64,000 nt of DNA, taken from the IMG/VR virus record IMGVR_UViG_3300020419_000004. One strand, given 5' to 3'. How positions within the stretch are numbered: the stretch's first letter is position 1; every line of letters starts with the position of its first letter. The notes below the pieces were generated by a model. That model saw only the letters and a program-made list of their open reading frames with translations, was not told where the DNA came from and did not search any database. Below are positions 9,975 to 19,432 of the stretch, piece after piece. Source of the DNA: a virus. The position numbers and the translations under genes are program-made.

Positions 9975-11694
9975 TCCTAAGATTGATTCCAAGTATGCAG
10001 ACACGGTTTTTGTACCTTGGTTGAAGACATATAAAGATTATATTAGCGACTTATATTTTACCTGTCGTATGCCACCATTCACCCAAGACTCAATGGGTGA
10101 TGTATTTCAAGGTGATGTAAGGCAATTGTATTATAATGCGAAAGCAATATCAGAAGATGCTGGTGACATACCACTGTCTGCTACATTCAATAACATATAC
10201 ATTAGACCAGACCTAGAAAATCTAGACCTGTTCGTAAAGAACTTTGGTCAGTTGTATGATCAAGGTATCAAGATTGCAACCATACCACACACCAGTTGGG
10301 TTAGCACTGGTATATTACAGAAAGAATTTCCAGAACTAAAGATCAAGAATACTATACTTAGGAATGTCACAAAGGCAAATGAAGTAGTAGCTCTTGCTAA
10401 GGCAGGTTTTCATTACATCAATCTAGATAGAGATTTGATGAGAGATAAGGAAGCGTTGAAGAAGATAAAGAAAGCAAAGGAATATTGTGCTGAGATAGGT
10501 AAACCTGTAGAGTTATCCATTCTAACTAACGAGGGTTGTTGGGGTGGTTGCTCTATGATGGATGAGCATTACCATTTTAATAATACAAGGACAGAGATGA
10601 CCCCTCAGTATTTTAATGATCCTATCAGTACCCACTCTTGTTCACTATGGGATATAGAAGATAACTCTCATGCTCTAAAGTCAGCTAACCTACCTCCTTG
10701 GAGAGAGGATTGGGAAGAGTTCTTAGACCTAGGTATAGATGTATTCAAGATGCATGGTAGAGAAAATGCCATGAAACTAATGGAATCTATGCAAATGATA
10801 GAAGCATGGGCATCTGAAAATGAATTGGTAACAGGTGAATTTAAGGAGTACATGGAAGATCTTGCAGTACCAGATAGTCCTATTGCTCTATGGAGAGAAA
10901 AGATAAAGACATGTGGTTTTGACTGTTGGGATTGTAACTATTGTGAGAACGTTGTCAATGCACACCTCAAGAAACAAGGTAGACCAACTACAGTTGATGA
11001 TTATACTCAGAGAGTATTGGATGCTATAATCGCTGGCAATACCAACACATCTAATTTTGTACCAGACAAATATAGTATTCAAGGACTGTCCTCCAATAGG
11101 ATAAGACATTTCCTTAATAGTCTTTGTTCTCATGATGATGCAGTCTATCTTGAACTTGGTACCTTCATTGGTAGTACGTTCTTTGCTGCTACCATGGGTA
11201 ATAAAGCAAAGTGTTTTGGTGTAGATGACTTCTCAGAACCCAATGTTAAACCTATAGTTGATCGTGGTCAGTGGACTGAGTGTGGTAATCCATACGATAC
11301 CTTAGTTACTAACTGGAAAAAGTATGAGAATGGTAATGCTACATTTGTTAAAGCAAGTGTGGACGAACTAACTGAAGAAGACTTTGAAGGTAGTAAACCC
11401 AACATCTTGTTTTATGACGCAGATCATGATATGATGCAACAGATGAACAATCTTAATCATCTGCTACCCTTCATGGATGACAAGTTCATACTTGTTGTTG
11501 ACGATGCCAACTTTGATGGTGTTGTAGAGGGAGCAGTAACATGGGCTCAAGAGAACAACTTACAGTGTTACCTTGAAAGAAAGATCCTAAGTAGTGTCAT
11601 AGAAAGTCCAGTCCACTGGTGGAATGGAATTCATGTTATGGTTTTACAAAAGGACGCAAGAGTAAAAGAATACATTAGTGGGAACGGATTATGA
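9931..11694 (+). CDS. Peptidase U32-like (Fe-S hydroxylase-like) domain fused to a class I SAM-dependent methyltransferase
   Basis: U32-like motifs NLDRDL, ILTNEGC203WGGC207, HSC237, FK273MHGRE and a C328-C332-C335-C338 cluster. C-terminal methyltransferase motifs YLE408LGT, GVDDF, FYD496ADH, VVD524D. Confidence 0.65.
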   Translation: MKSPKRKSVFSLPINPKIDSKYADTVFVPWLKTYKDYISDLYFTCRMPPFTQDSMGDVFQGDVRQLYYNAKAISEDAGDIPLSATFNNIYIRPDLENLDLFVKNFGQLYDQGIKIATIPHTSWVSTGILQKEFPELKIKNTILRNVTKANEVVALAKAGFHYINLDRDLMRDKEALKKIKKAKEYCAEIGKPVELSILTNEGCWGGCSMMDEHYHFNNTRTEMTPQYFNDPISTHSCSLWDIEDNSHALKSANLPPWREDWEEFLDLGIDVFKMHGRENAMKLMESMQMIEAWASENELVTGEFKEYMEDLAVPDSPIALWREKIKTCGFDCWDCNYCENVVNAHLKKQGRPTTVDDYTQRVLDAIIAGNTNTSNFVPDKYSIQGLSSNRIRHFLNSLCSHDDAVYLELGTFIGSTFFAATMGNKAKCFGVDDFSEPNVKPIVDRGQWTECGNPYDTLVTNWKKYENGNATFVKASVDELTEEDFEGSKPNILFYDADHDMMQQMNNLNHLLPFMDDKFILVVDDANFDGVVEGAVTWAQENNLQCYLERKILSSVIESPVHWWNGIHVMVLQKDARVKEYISGNGL

Positions 11695-11768
11695 GTGCAT
11701 GGTATGTTATAGGTTGGACTATAGTTACACTATGGTTACTGACTAAGTTAGGTGTATTTAAAAAATGA
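11691..11768 (+). CDS. 25-aa single-pass membrane peptide (not in ORF track)
   Basis: MSAWYVIGWTIVTLWLLTKLGVFKK*; ATGA overlaps at both ends fill the gap exactly. Confidence 0.6.
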   Translation: MSAWYVIGWTIVTLWLLTKLGVFKK

Positions 11769-12475
11769 AGGTAATAAATCCTGAGTTATTGCAAACTCAT
11801 CACCCTAAGGACTGGGAGATAGAGCAATTACATATTGGCAATGCAAAGAATAGGATCATTAAGATCAAAAATTTCTTTCAGAACCCAGAACAGGTAAGAG
11901 CATATGCACTAGCAACTGATTATGTTAATACAGTTGGTGGTCAATTTTCTAATCTACCTGGTTATGTGTGCAAGTTAGGACACATAGCAAATCAGTTCTA
12001 CCCTAACTTCAAGTTCTTATTGGCAACTTACTTTGAAGCTGATAAGAAGATCATGCTTCAACCAGAGTTCTCCCACTTTACATTTCAAATGTATGAGGTA
12101 CAGGAGAAATGTAGGATGTGTAGTCTAGCACCGCATACTGATGACACTCACTATGCTGCTGTTCTATCATTAAATTTCGATGAAGAGTTGATGGAGACTT
12201 CATCGGGCACTGCATTCTGGAGAAGTAAAGAGTTCAAAGAGGAGTATGTCTCCTCTGACAAGAACTATAGAACTTCTAGACTAGCTAACAAAGTCAATGC
12301 CTTTGTTAATTTTGACCCATCACAATACAAAACTAAAGACTGGGAGAGGTATCATGTTGAGAAGCATGAATTCAATTCTCTGCTAGTATATGAAGGAAGA
12401 CTATGGCATTCACCATACTTTCAACAAAGTGGATGGGATACAAACCGTCTAACCTTCAATGCATTTCTGCACTAA
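11765..12475 (+). CDS. 2OG-Fe(II) oxygenase (DUF6445-like)
   Basis: IIKIKNFFQNP.. start, H-x-D motif (PHTD), FNSLLVYEGRLWHS distal His, RLTFNAF end. Confidence 0.75.
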   Translation: MKVINPELLQTHHPKDWEIEQLHIGNAKNRIIKIKNFFQNPEQVRAYALATDYVNTVGGQFSNLPGYVCKLGHIANQFYPNFKFLLATYFEADKKIMLQPEFSHFTFQMYEVQEKCRMCSLAPHTDDTHYAAVLSLNFDEELMETSSGTAFWRSKEFKEEYVSSDKNYRTSRLANKVNAFVNFDPSQYKTKDWERYHVEKHEFNSLLVYEGRLWHSPYFQQSGWDTNRLTFNAFLH

Positions 12476-12478
12476 ATA
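12472..12478 (+). promoter_or_regulatory. T4-type late promoter (CTAAATA)
   Basis: Match to the gp55 late consensus just upstream of 12500. Confidence 0.55.
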
Positions 12479-12499
12479 GTACACTTATCATTCTAAAAC

Positions 12500-12691
12500 A
12501 TGGACGCTGAGACAATGGTGAAGGACTTCACCGATCAATTAAAAGAACAAAAGGGAATTATCTCTGACCTTGAAAAGCAACTTAGTACTCGTAAAGAGCA
12601 AGTGCTAAGATTGGAAGGTGCTGTTGAAGCATTACAGATGACACTGAAACAACCAGAGCCAGAAACAGTAATCAATGCCCCTACAGAATAA
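12500..12691 (+). CDS. Small coiled-coil hypothetical protein
   Basis: 63-aa heptad-rich ORF downstream of a late promoter. Confidence 0.6.
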   Translation: MDAETMVKDFTDQLKEQKGIISDLEKQLSTRKEQVLRLEGAVEALQMTLKQPEPETVINAPTE

Positions 12692-13019
12692 AGCATCGTC
12701 AATAGGAACATCAAGTGAACTCCGTAAACAGGAGCATGCAGATTCCTATCAGTTTCATGTTGACTTTGATGGGACTATGGAAACTTGTCCCTACAAAGTA
12801 GGAGATATCTACAATGAGAGACCTATTATTGCAATAGGACTTAGTAGTAATGTCTATGGAAAGTACTATCATATTATAGTTGAAAGAGATAAGACACACC
12901 TCAGAATGAAGTTTCAATTTGACCAGAAGCACGATCTCAAGTTCGCTAAACCAGTAGAACGGATGGGTAAGCAACCTACCGAAGGAGAGATAAAGAAGTT
13001 GTTGGCTCAGACAGAATAG
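12675..13019 (+). CDS. Hypothetical protein
   Basis: 114-aa ORF overlapping the previous gene and followed by a terminator. Confidence 0.6.
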   Translation: MPLQNKASSIGTSSELRKQEHADSYQFHVDFDGTMETCPYKVGDIYNERPIIAIGLSSNVYGKYYHIIVERDKTHLRMKFQFDQKHDLKFAKPVERMGKQPTEGEIKKLLAQTE

Positions 13020-13043
13020 AAAATTCACTAATAGATTCCATTT

Positions 13044-13073
13044 TACTCGAAAAAATTTTTCGGGTATTTTTTT
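13044..13073 (+). terminator. Rho-independent terminator
   Basis: TACTCGAAAA-AAT-TTTTCGGGTA hairpin (one G-U pair) followed by T7. Confidence 0.6.
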
Positions 13074-13091
13074 GTCTATAGGTTTTCGAGA

Positions 13092-13098
13092 CTAAATA
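13092..13098 (+). promoter_or_regulatory. T4-type late promoter (CTAAATA)
   Basis: Consensus match between the terminator and the GAGGA RBS of the subtilase gene. Confidence 0.65.
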
Positions 13099-13113
13099 GA
13101 TCTGAGGATAATA

Positions 13114-16100
13114 GTGTCAATACTAATGAAGCGAGTCATCGTCAGGGTAGCTGATAGATATAGTTTGGATTCAGCAGTTGCAGGAATCCTAAAAACATAT
13201 GGATATCTAACCTTTGTAACATCCTATAGAAGTTTTTCAATCATAACGTTCGATTGTCCAGAGAAGTATTCTACTGGCATGATCGAGAAGTTACGAGCTC
13301 TTTCGGTTGTCAAGAAAGTCTCATGGGATGAAGCAGATAAGTTTTCTCTTGATCCTGTAGATACAGGTGCGTTAACAGTTGAGACCAGTGGGTCAACCAG
13401 TTTAAATAATACTGGTGAAACAAACGCCCAATCAAATACTAGAAATTTAACAGGTAGTGGTGGTGGTACCATATTTGTAAAGGTGCAGAATATTTCTGGA
13501 TCTAACTACTACACCTTCTCAGCAAGTGCAGGTGGTACATACTCAAGATATAATAACCAAACTGGTTTCCTACAAGGATCCACTTATACATTTGATCAGT
13601 CAGACCCTTCAAACGCGACTCATCCATTAAGATTTTCAGTAGACCCAGACGGACCTCACACCTCTGGTGGTAGTCAAATGACTACAGGTGTTACTGTAAC
13701 TGGTACACCAGGTCAGGCAGGTGCACAAGTAGAAATAGTTATTGGTACATCTACACCATCTATTCTTTATTACTACTGTACTGCTCACAGTGGAATGGGA
13801 CGATATGGTGCTGCTCCAGATAGGTTTGGTACAATCAACGTTCATGACTATTGGCATCTAGATAGAATTTCAAAACAAGACAGGCAATATTTAAACGGAC
13901 AGTTTAGTTTCAGTCATTCAGGAGACGGTGTAGATATCTACGTTCTTGACACAGGTGTGCGTGGAGCAAGTAGACCAACAGGTAACAACGCAGCTCTTCA
14001 CCCTGAGTTATACGATCCAGACTTCGTATCTGACTTGAATGGTACTTCAGAGCAACAGAACTATAGGGTATACGAGGTTACTGGATACACAAGTCCATAT
14101 AGTACTAACGAAGATGACAACGGACACGGTACATATTGTGCAATTATGTCAGCTGGAAGAACGGCTGGTATAAGTAGGAACGCCAAAATCTATGCACTTA
14201 AGTGTTTTAACAGTGGGTTATCAGGTAGCTATACTGATATCCTAGGTGCTTATCAGGCAGTCATAGATCATAATGATAGTGGTAATGCCAATTATAAAGG
14301 TAATAATCGTCCAGCTGTAATCAACTCATCATTCGGACCTACCATTCCTACAGAGTCATATCCATATGTCGAACTAAACGACAGTGGTGATGACAGTGGT
14401 ACTGACGAAGAGATCCTAGATGACATCGAGGGTACTATTGCTGGTACAAAAAATCTGATTATAGTCAGGTCAGCTGGTAACGGTTTTAAGAATTCTAGTG
14501 ATGGATTTGCAGGACCTATACAAGGTAAGATGATTGCAGGTACTAGAACTGCAGGTTATTCTGACAATACTAATGGTGGTGTCAACTATACAGATACCAA
14601 CCAGAATAAGATCGCTGTTGGTGCATCTGAATATAATGACAGGTGGGCAGACTTCTCTAACTATGGTGCAGGTGTAACTACAGTAGCACCAGGTGCCAGA
14701 TTGCTTACACCAGCATATGACTGGACTGCTAATACTCCATATACAAGTGCTGCAAACTATCAGACGATTGCAGGTACATCATTCTCAGGTCCTTTAGTTG
14801 CAGGTATCATTGCTGCATGGTGTGGGAAGAATGGATATACGTTAACTACAAATAATTTACCTGGTCTTGCTAAGACCTTTATGAGAACTGGTGGAGTCAC
14901 TGGAGATATAACAAGAGGTGCAACAGCAAACTATCCTACTAATAGTATTGATGATAAAAGACTTATAGACAACCCATATGAAACTTTAGCTGGATCCTCA
15001 TTCCTTGTAGTTAAGTTTGATCCTGCAGACAACTCACACTTCATAGGTAACGTAGGTAAAAAATGTCAGTTAAGAGCAACTGGATCTACTGCAGGTGCTG
15101 GTGGAACTGCTGCTTCAACATTTAATATAACAACGACTGCACCTAGTTCGTCATACTACACCCTAAGTGGAACTGATAGAAATGGTGCTGTTAGTGGTAA
15201 CAATGCAGGTGTCACTGTCTATGTTGGGGATACTATTAATTTCAATCTATCATCTGTCAGTGGTTCTCATCCATTCTATATCAAGAGTGTACAAGGAACT
15301 GGAACTGGTAATCAAGTATCCACACCAACTGCTACTGGACAAGGATCTACAGGAACCACAACAGTATCATGGGTACCAAATACAGTAGGAACATACTACT
15401 ATCAATGCTCTGCACACAATGGAATGAATGGAACTATCACAGTTTCATCTGCACCTGGTGGTAGTGGTGGAGTTACCGTTGGTGGTATAGATGTATCTGG
15501 ATTAGCACAAAGTGGATGGTTAACTATTCAGGCAGAGAATGCTGTCAATAATACTATCACGGTTCAGAACACAACTAATGCTACAGCTGGTACAACTGGT
15601 GGTGGTACTGGAAACTATCTTGCACTTGTAGATCCTGAAAGTAAAACACATGAAAGTATTGATGGTGTTGTTTCTAGATCAGTAACTTTAAGATCTCAAA
15701 CCGACACACAGGAAGCTGCAGGTACTGGTACATATACTAATGTAGTTTACTATCCATTAGATAGTGGTGTTGACTTTGACTATTCAGGAACAGGTCCTTC
15801 ACTAACCACTAAGCGTGGTGCATTCTTCCCCTTTGTTGATACCAATGTAACTTGGGCAACTGGTGCAGGTAGTATTGGTGGTCCATTTGCTAATGGTGCT
15901 TCTGTAAGTATTGACTTAGGTTTGACTGGTACAACCTTTGCATCAGAACCAACGTTTGAAGCATATACTCTCAGTGGAGATAGTATTGCAGCGTCTGGAC
16001 TAGGATTAGATACTGCAACAGGTATTTTAAGTGGAACAGTTACAGCAGATTATCTTGACACATCATTCAACTTCACTGTAACTGAGAACACTACAGGAAA

Positions 16101-18615
16101 CGCACAATCATATAACTTTACAACAACTGGAACTGGTGTTCTAGTTACAATCACACAGCAACCAACTGCAACGAGTGTTGAAGCGGGTTCTGGAAACACT
16201 GCTACCTTCGGTCCTGTATCAGGTATTAGTTCTGATGGATCTACAATCCTATTCCAATGGGAGTTCTCAAGTAACGGTGGAGCAGGTTGGTCTAACGTTG
16301 CTAACAGTGGTGGATATAGTGGAGCAACTACTAACACTCTAACTGTTGATGATGACTTTTTAAAGAATACTTATCAGTTCCGTTGTAAGATGGAAACTAG
16401 TACTTCTGTTGCACCATCTTATACTAATGCAGTTGTTCTAACAGTATTCAGAGTTATTACTATAAGCAATCAACCAACTAATCAACAACCTATGGCACCA
16501 GCTGCTGCTACCTTTACAGTTGCTGCTAGTACTGCAGATTCTGCAGTTGTCTCATATGCTTGGGAGAAATCTGAGAGTGGAGATGGAGTAACTTACACTC
16601 CTATAACTGGAGCAACCAGTGCATCATATACTACAGATGCTACAACATATGACGCTGACTTTGGCGACTACTATCGTTGTGTACTCTCATGTTCAGGAGC
16701 ATCAAACGTAATTAGTAGTGTTGCTCAAAACTTAGTACAAAGAAGTATTAGTATAACTGCACAACCAACTAACACAACTGGTGCTGTAGGTGGTACAGAA
16801 AGTTTCGGTGTTACTGCTACTACATCTGATAATGATGCAGGTGACATCACATACCAGTGGCAAGTATCAATAACTTCTGGTGCTTCATGGTCTAATGTAT
16901 CCACAGGAACTGGTGGTACAACAGCAACATATACTACTGCTACATTAACTACAACAGAAGACGGGTATCAATATCGTTGTTTACTTTCAGCAGCAGGTGC
17001 AACGCAGGTTCCATCTAATGCTGCTACATTACAAATAGAAACCGTTGCGGTAGTAGTATCATCACAACCATCTGATGCAACAGTTGAGGAAACTCAAACA
17101 GCAACATTCACAACACTTGGTGGTGTTACTATGTCACCTGTTGGTGGTAACGCTGCACAATCTTCATTCGAGGTAGATCAGTTTGATACGCCTAGTGGTG
17201 GAGGTGGAGGTTCTGCAGGTGGACAATCTGCTCATGAACCTAGCGTCACATATCAGTGGGAGAAATCTGATGATGGTGGTGGTGCTTGGGCATCAGTTGG
17301 TGGAGCAACCTCTGCTTCATATACAACTGCAGCGACAACATATGCTGTAGATCATAACGATCAGTATCGTTGTGTGATCAGTGCAGTGGGTGCTTCAACT
17401 CCTGCAACAACCAATGCTGTTACCTTAACAGTTCAAAGAACATTCTCTATTACAGCACAACCATCAAACGCTACTGCTAATGAAGGTGGAACTGCAACCT
17501 TTGCAGTAACCACATCTACAAGTAGTGGAACTACAACCTACCAGTGGGAAAGATCTGATGATGGTGGAGTAAACTATGTGACTGTAGGTGGGGCAACCAG
17601 TGCATCATATACAACTCCAACCTTAGTATATGCTAATGATGGCAGTGATCGTTATCGTTGTGTAACATCTCTTGTTGGTTCTGCTGCAGATATAACTTCT
17701 AACTTTGCAGTATTAACTGTTTTACGTGTCATAACAATTCAAACTCAACCACAGTCACAGGCTGTTATTGAGGGTGGCACTGCAACATTTAATATTGGAG
17801 CACAGATTACTAGTGATGTAATCTCATACCAGTGGCAGAAATCTACTGACAATGCAGTTTCATTTAATGCTGTCAATGGTGCAAATGCAGCAACTTACAC
17901 AACACCTGCAACAACATATCCAACATCACCATCAGAACAATTCCGTTGTGTATTAACTAACGCAGCTGCTACCACTGTTACTTCTAGTGCTGCAACACTA
18001 ACAGTCAATGAATCAGAATTTGTATCAGCACCTGCATCAGTAAGTCCATTCATTGATCCAGATACAACTAAGACTCTTTCAAGACAACCTGTCATCAGCA
18101 CAGCAGCATTTGTTTCTGAGTATGCAGGATCAACTCACTTCTCTAGTTTCTGGAGAATTAGAAGAGTTGTAGATAACGTGACAGTGTATGATACAGTTCA
18201 GACATTTGCTGGTGGTGATACTGGTAATTTAACATCATTAACTGTACCAAGTGGCACACTTGAGTTTGATAAAGCATACTCTGTACAGGTTAAGTTCAGA
18301 GATAACTCTGGTCTAGAAAGTGCTTATACAGCAGCAGTCACTTTCACAACACCATTTGTAGATCAACCAGACATTCAGACTATCACACCAGCATTCAACC
18401 CAACAATCAATGTTGATCCAATCCAATTGAAGAGTGGTTATCAGCATTCATCTAGTGATTGGCAGTTTGCTACTACGTCTGCATTCAGCACAATCGTTCA
18501 CCAATCTCTTGGTAACTCAACAAACTTAACACAATACACACTACCAGGTGCTGTAAACCTCAGTTCTAATACTACATATTATGTAAGAATTAGATTCAAC
18601 GTTAATCCTACCTAA
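13114..18615 (+). CDS. Large virion-associated S8 (subtilisin-like) serine protease with cupredoxin-like, Ig-like and FN3-like domains
   Basis: Catalytic D279 (VLDTG), H338 (GHGT), N456 (SAGN), S556 (GTSFSGP); two H...C-x2-H-x2-M motifs; six QP...YQW...Y.C Ig-like repeats. Start could be GTG 13114 or ATG 13126. Confidence 0.8.
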   Translation: MSILMKRVIVRVADRYSLDSAVAGILKTYGYLTFVTSYRSFSIITFDCPEKYSTGMIEKLRALSVVKKVSWDEADKFSLDPVDTGALTVETSGSTSLNNTGETNAQSNTRNLTGSGGGTIFVKVQNISGSNYYTFSASAGGTYSRYNNQTGFLQGSTYTFDQSDPSNATHPLRFSVDPDGPHTSGGSQMTTGVTVTGTPGQAGAQVEIVIGTSTPSILYYYCTAHSGMGRYGAAPDRFGTINVHDYWHLDRISKQDRQYLNGQFSFSHSGDGVDIYVLDTGVRGASRPTGNNAALHPELYDPDFVSDLNGTSEQQNYRVYEVTGYTSPYSTNEDDNGHGTYCAIMSAGRTAGISRNAKIYALKCFNSGLSGSYTDILGAYQAVIDHNDSGNANYKGNNRPAVINSSFGPTIPTESYPYVELNDSGDDSGTDEEILDDIEGTIAGTKNLIIVRSAGNGFKNSSDGFAGPIQGKMIAGTRTAGYSDNTNGGVNYTDTNQNKIAVGASEYNDRWADFSNYGAGVTTVAPGARLLTPAYDWTANTPYTSAANYQTIAGTSFSGPLVAGIIAAWCGKNGYTLTTNNLPGLAKTFMRTGGVTGDITRGATANYPTNSIDDKRLIDNPYETLAGSSFLVVKFDPADNSHFIGNVGKKCQLRATGSTAGAGGTAASTFNITTTAPSSSYYTLSGTDRNGAVSGNNAGVTVYVGDTINFNLSSVSGSHPFYIKSVQGTGTGNQVSTPTATGQGSTGTTTVSWVPNTVGTYYYQCSAHNGMNGTITVSSAPGGSGGVTVGGIDVSGLAQSGWLTIQAENAVNNTITVQNTTNATAGTTGGGTGNYLALVDPESKTHESIDGVVSRSVTLRSQTDTQEAAGTGTYTNVVYYPLDSGVDFDYSGTGPSLTTKRGAFFPFVDTNVTWATGAGSIGGPFANGASVSIDLGLTGTTFASEPTFEAYTLSGDSIAASGLGLDTATGILSGTVTADYLDTSFNFTVTENTTGNAQSYNFTTTGTGVLVTITQQPTATSVEAGSGNTATFGPVSGISSDGSTILFQWEFSSNGGAGWSNVANSGGYSGATTNTLTVDDDFLKNTYQFRCKMETSTSVAPSYTNAVVLTVFRVITISNQPTNQQPMAPAAATFTVAASTADSAVVSYAWEKSESGDGVTYTPITGATSASYTTDATTYDADFGDYYRCVLSCSGASNVISSVAQNLVQRSISITAQPTNTTGAVGGTESFGVTATTSDNDAGDITYQWQVSITSGASWSNVSTGTGGTTATYTTATLTTTEDGYQYRCLLSAAGATQVPSNAATLQIETVAVVVSSQPSDATVEETQTATFTTLGGVTMSPVGGNAAQSSFEVDQFDTPSGGGGGSAGGQSAHEPSVTYQWEKSDDGGGAWASVGGATSASYTTAATTYAVDHNDQYRCVISAVGASTPATTNAVTLTVQRTFSITAQPSNATANEGGTATFAVTTSTSSGTTTYQWERSDDGGVNYVTVGGATSASYTTPTLVYANDGSDRYRCVTSLVGSAADITSNFAVLTVLRVITIQTQPQSQAVIEGGTATFNIGAQITSDVISYQWQKSTDNAVSFNAVNGANAATYTTPATTYPTSPSEQFRCVLTNAAATTVTSSAATLTVNESEFVSAPASVSPFIDPDTTKTLSRQPVISTAAFVSEYAGSTHFSSFWRIRRVVDNVTVYDTVQTFAGGDTGNLTSLTVPSGTLEFDKAYSVQVKFRDNSGLESAYTAAVTFTTPFVDQPDIQTITPAFNPTINVDPIQLKSGYQHSSSDWQFATTSAFSTIVHQSLGNSTNLTQYTLPGAVNLSSNTTYYVRIRFNVNPT

Positions 18616-18616
18616 C

Positions 18617-19432
18617 ATGGCTAAAGCTTCAACAAGGCAGGGACTTATAGATTACGCACTACGTCAAAATGGTGCTCCAGTCCTAGAAATAAACATAGAA
18701 GATGATCAGATAGATGATCTAGTAGATGATGCTATCCAGTTTTACAATGAAAGAAATAGTGATGGTTACATCAGAACCCACGTAAAAATTAAGTGGACTG
18801 CAGACATGATTACCAACATGACTACTGATACCACTACTAGTATTGCATCTGGTACTTCTAATGCATTACCAGTCTCTTACCTAGAGCAGAATAATTTTGT
18901 TAAGATGCCAGATCATATCACTAGTGTCATTAAGGTATTCCCATTTGTATCTAAGAACGTAACAAACCTATTTGACGTAAGGTATCAGTGGAGATTGAAT
19001 GACCTCTGGGATTTAACGAACACAGAAATTTTGACCTATGAGATGGTCAACCGTAGATTGGAAGACATATATTTCTTACTAGAAGGACAGAAACAAACTA
19101 GGTTCCAGTTGAGAGGAAACAAACTTTACTTGGATCTAGACTGGAAGACTGATGTTAAAGAAGATGATTTCTTAGTTCTAGAATGCTATCGTGCTGTAGA
19201 TCCTACCGCAGATACTGATGTGTATAATGACATATGGATGAAGAGATATGTGTCTGCATTGGTTCAAAGACAGTGGGGTGCTAACCTAATCAAGTTCCAA
19301 GGAGCACAGTTACCAGGTGGAATTACTATGAACGGAGAGTTTATATACAACGAAGGCAAAGAGAAAGTAGCAAAGTTAGAAGAAGAAATGCTCACAGTCT
19401 ATGAGACTATGCCTATGGATATGATTGGCTAA
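18617..19432 (+). CDS. gp13: Neck protein gp13
   Basis: LIDYALRQNGAPVLEINIEDDQ..., QWGANLIKF.G.QLPGGITMNG; first gene of the gp13-14-15-16-17 block. Confidence 0.93.
   Translation: MAKASTRQGLIDYALRQNGAPVLEINIEDDQIDDLVDDAIQFYNERNSDGYIRTHVKIKWTADMITNMTTDTTTSIASGTSNALPVSYLEQNNFVKMPDHITSVIKVFPFVSKNVTNLFDVRYQWRLNDLWDLTNTEILTYEMVNRRLEDIYFLLEGQKQTRFQLRGNKLYLDLDWKTDVKEDDFLVLECYRAVDPTADTDVYNDIWMKRYVSALVQRQWGANLIKFQGAQLPGGITMNGEFIYNEGKEKVAKLEEEMLTVYETMPMDMIG

Noticed and set aside
10912-10944. CxxxCxxC (CGFDCWDC) as a radical SAM signature
   Set aside because: It sits at the C-terminal end of the barrel-like domain, extends to a fourth Cys, and the aromatic residue is in the wrong position; no radical SAM GGE or other motifs follow.
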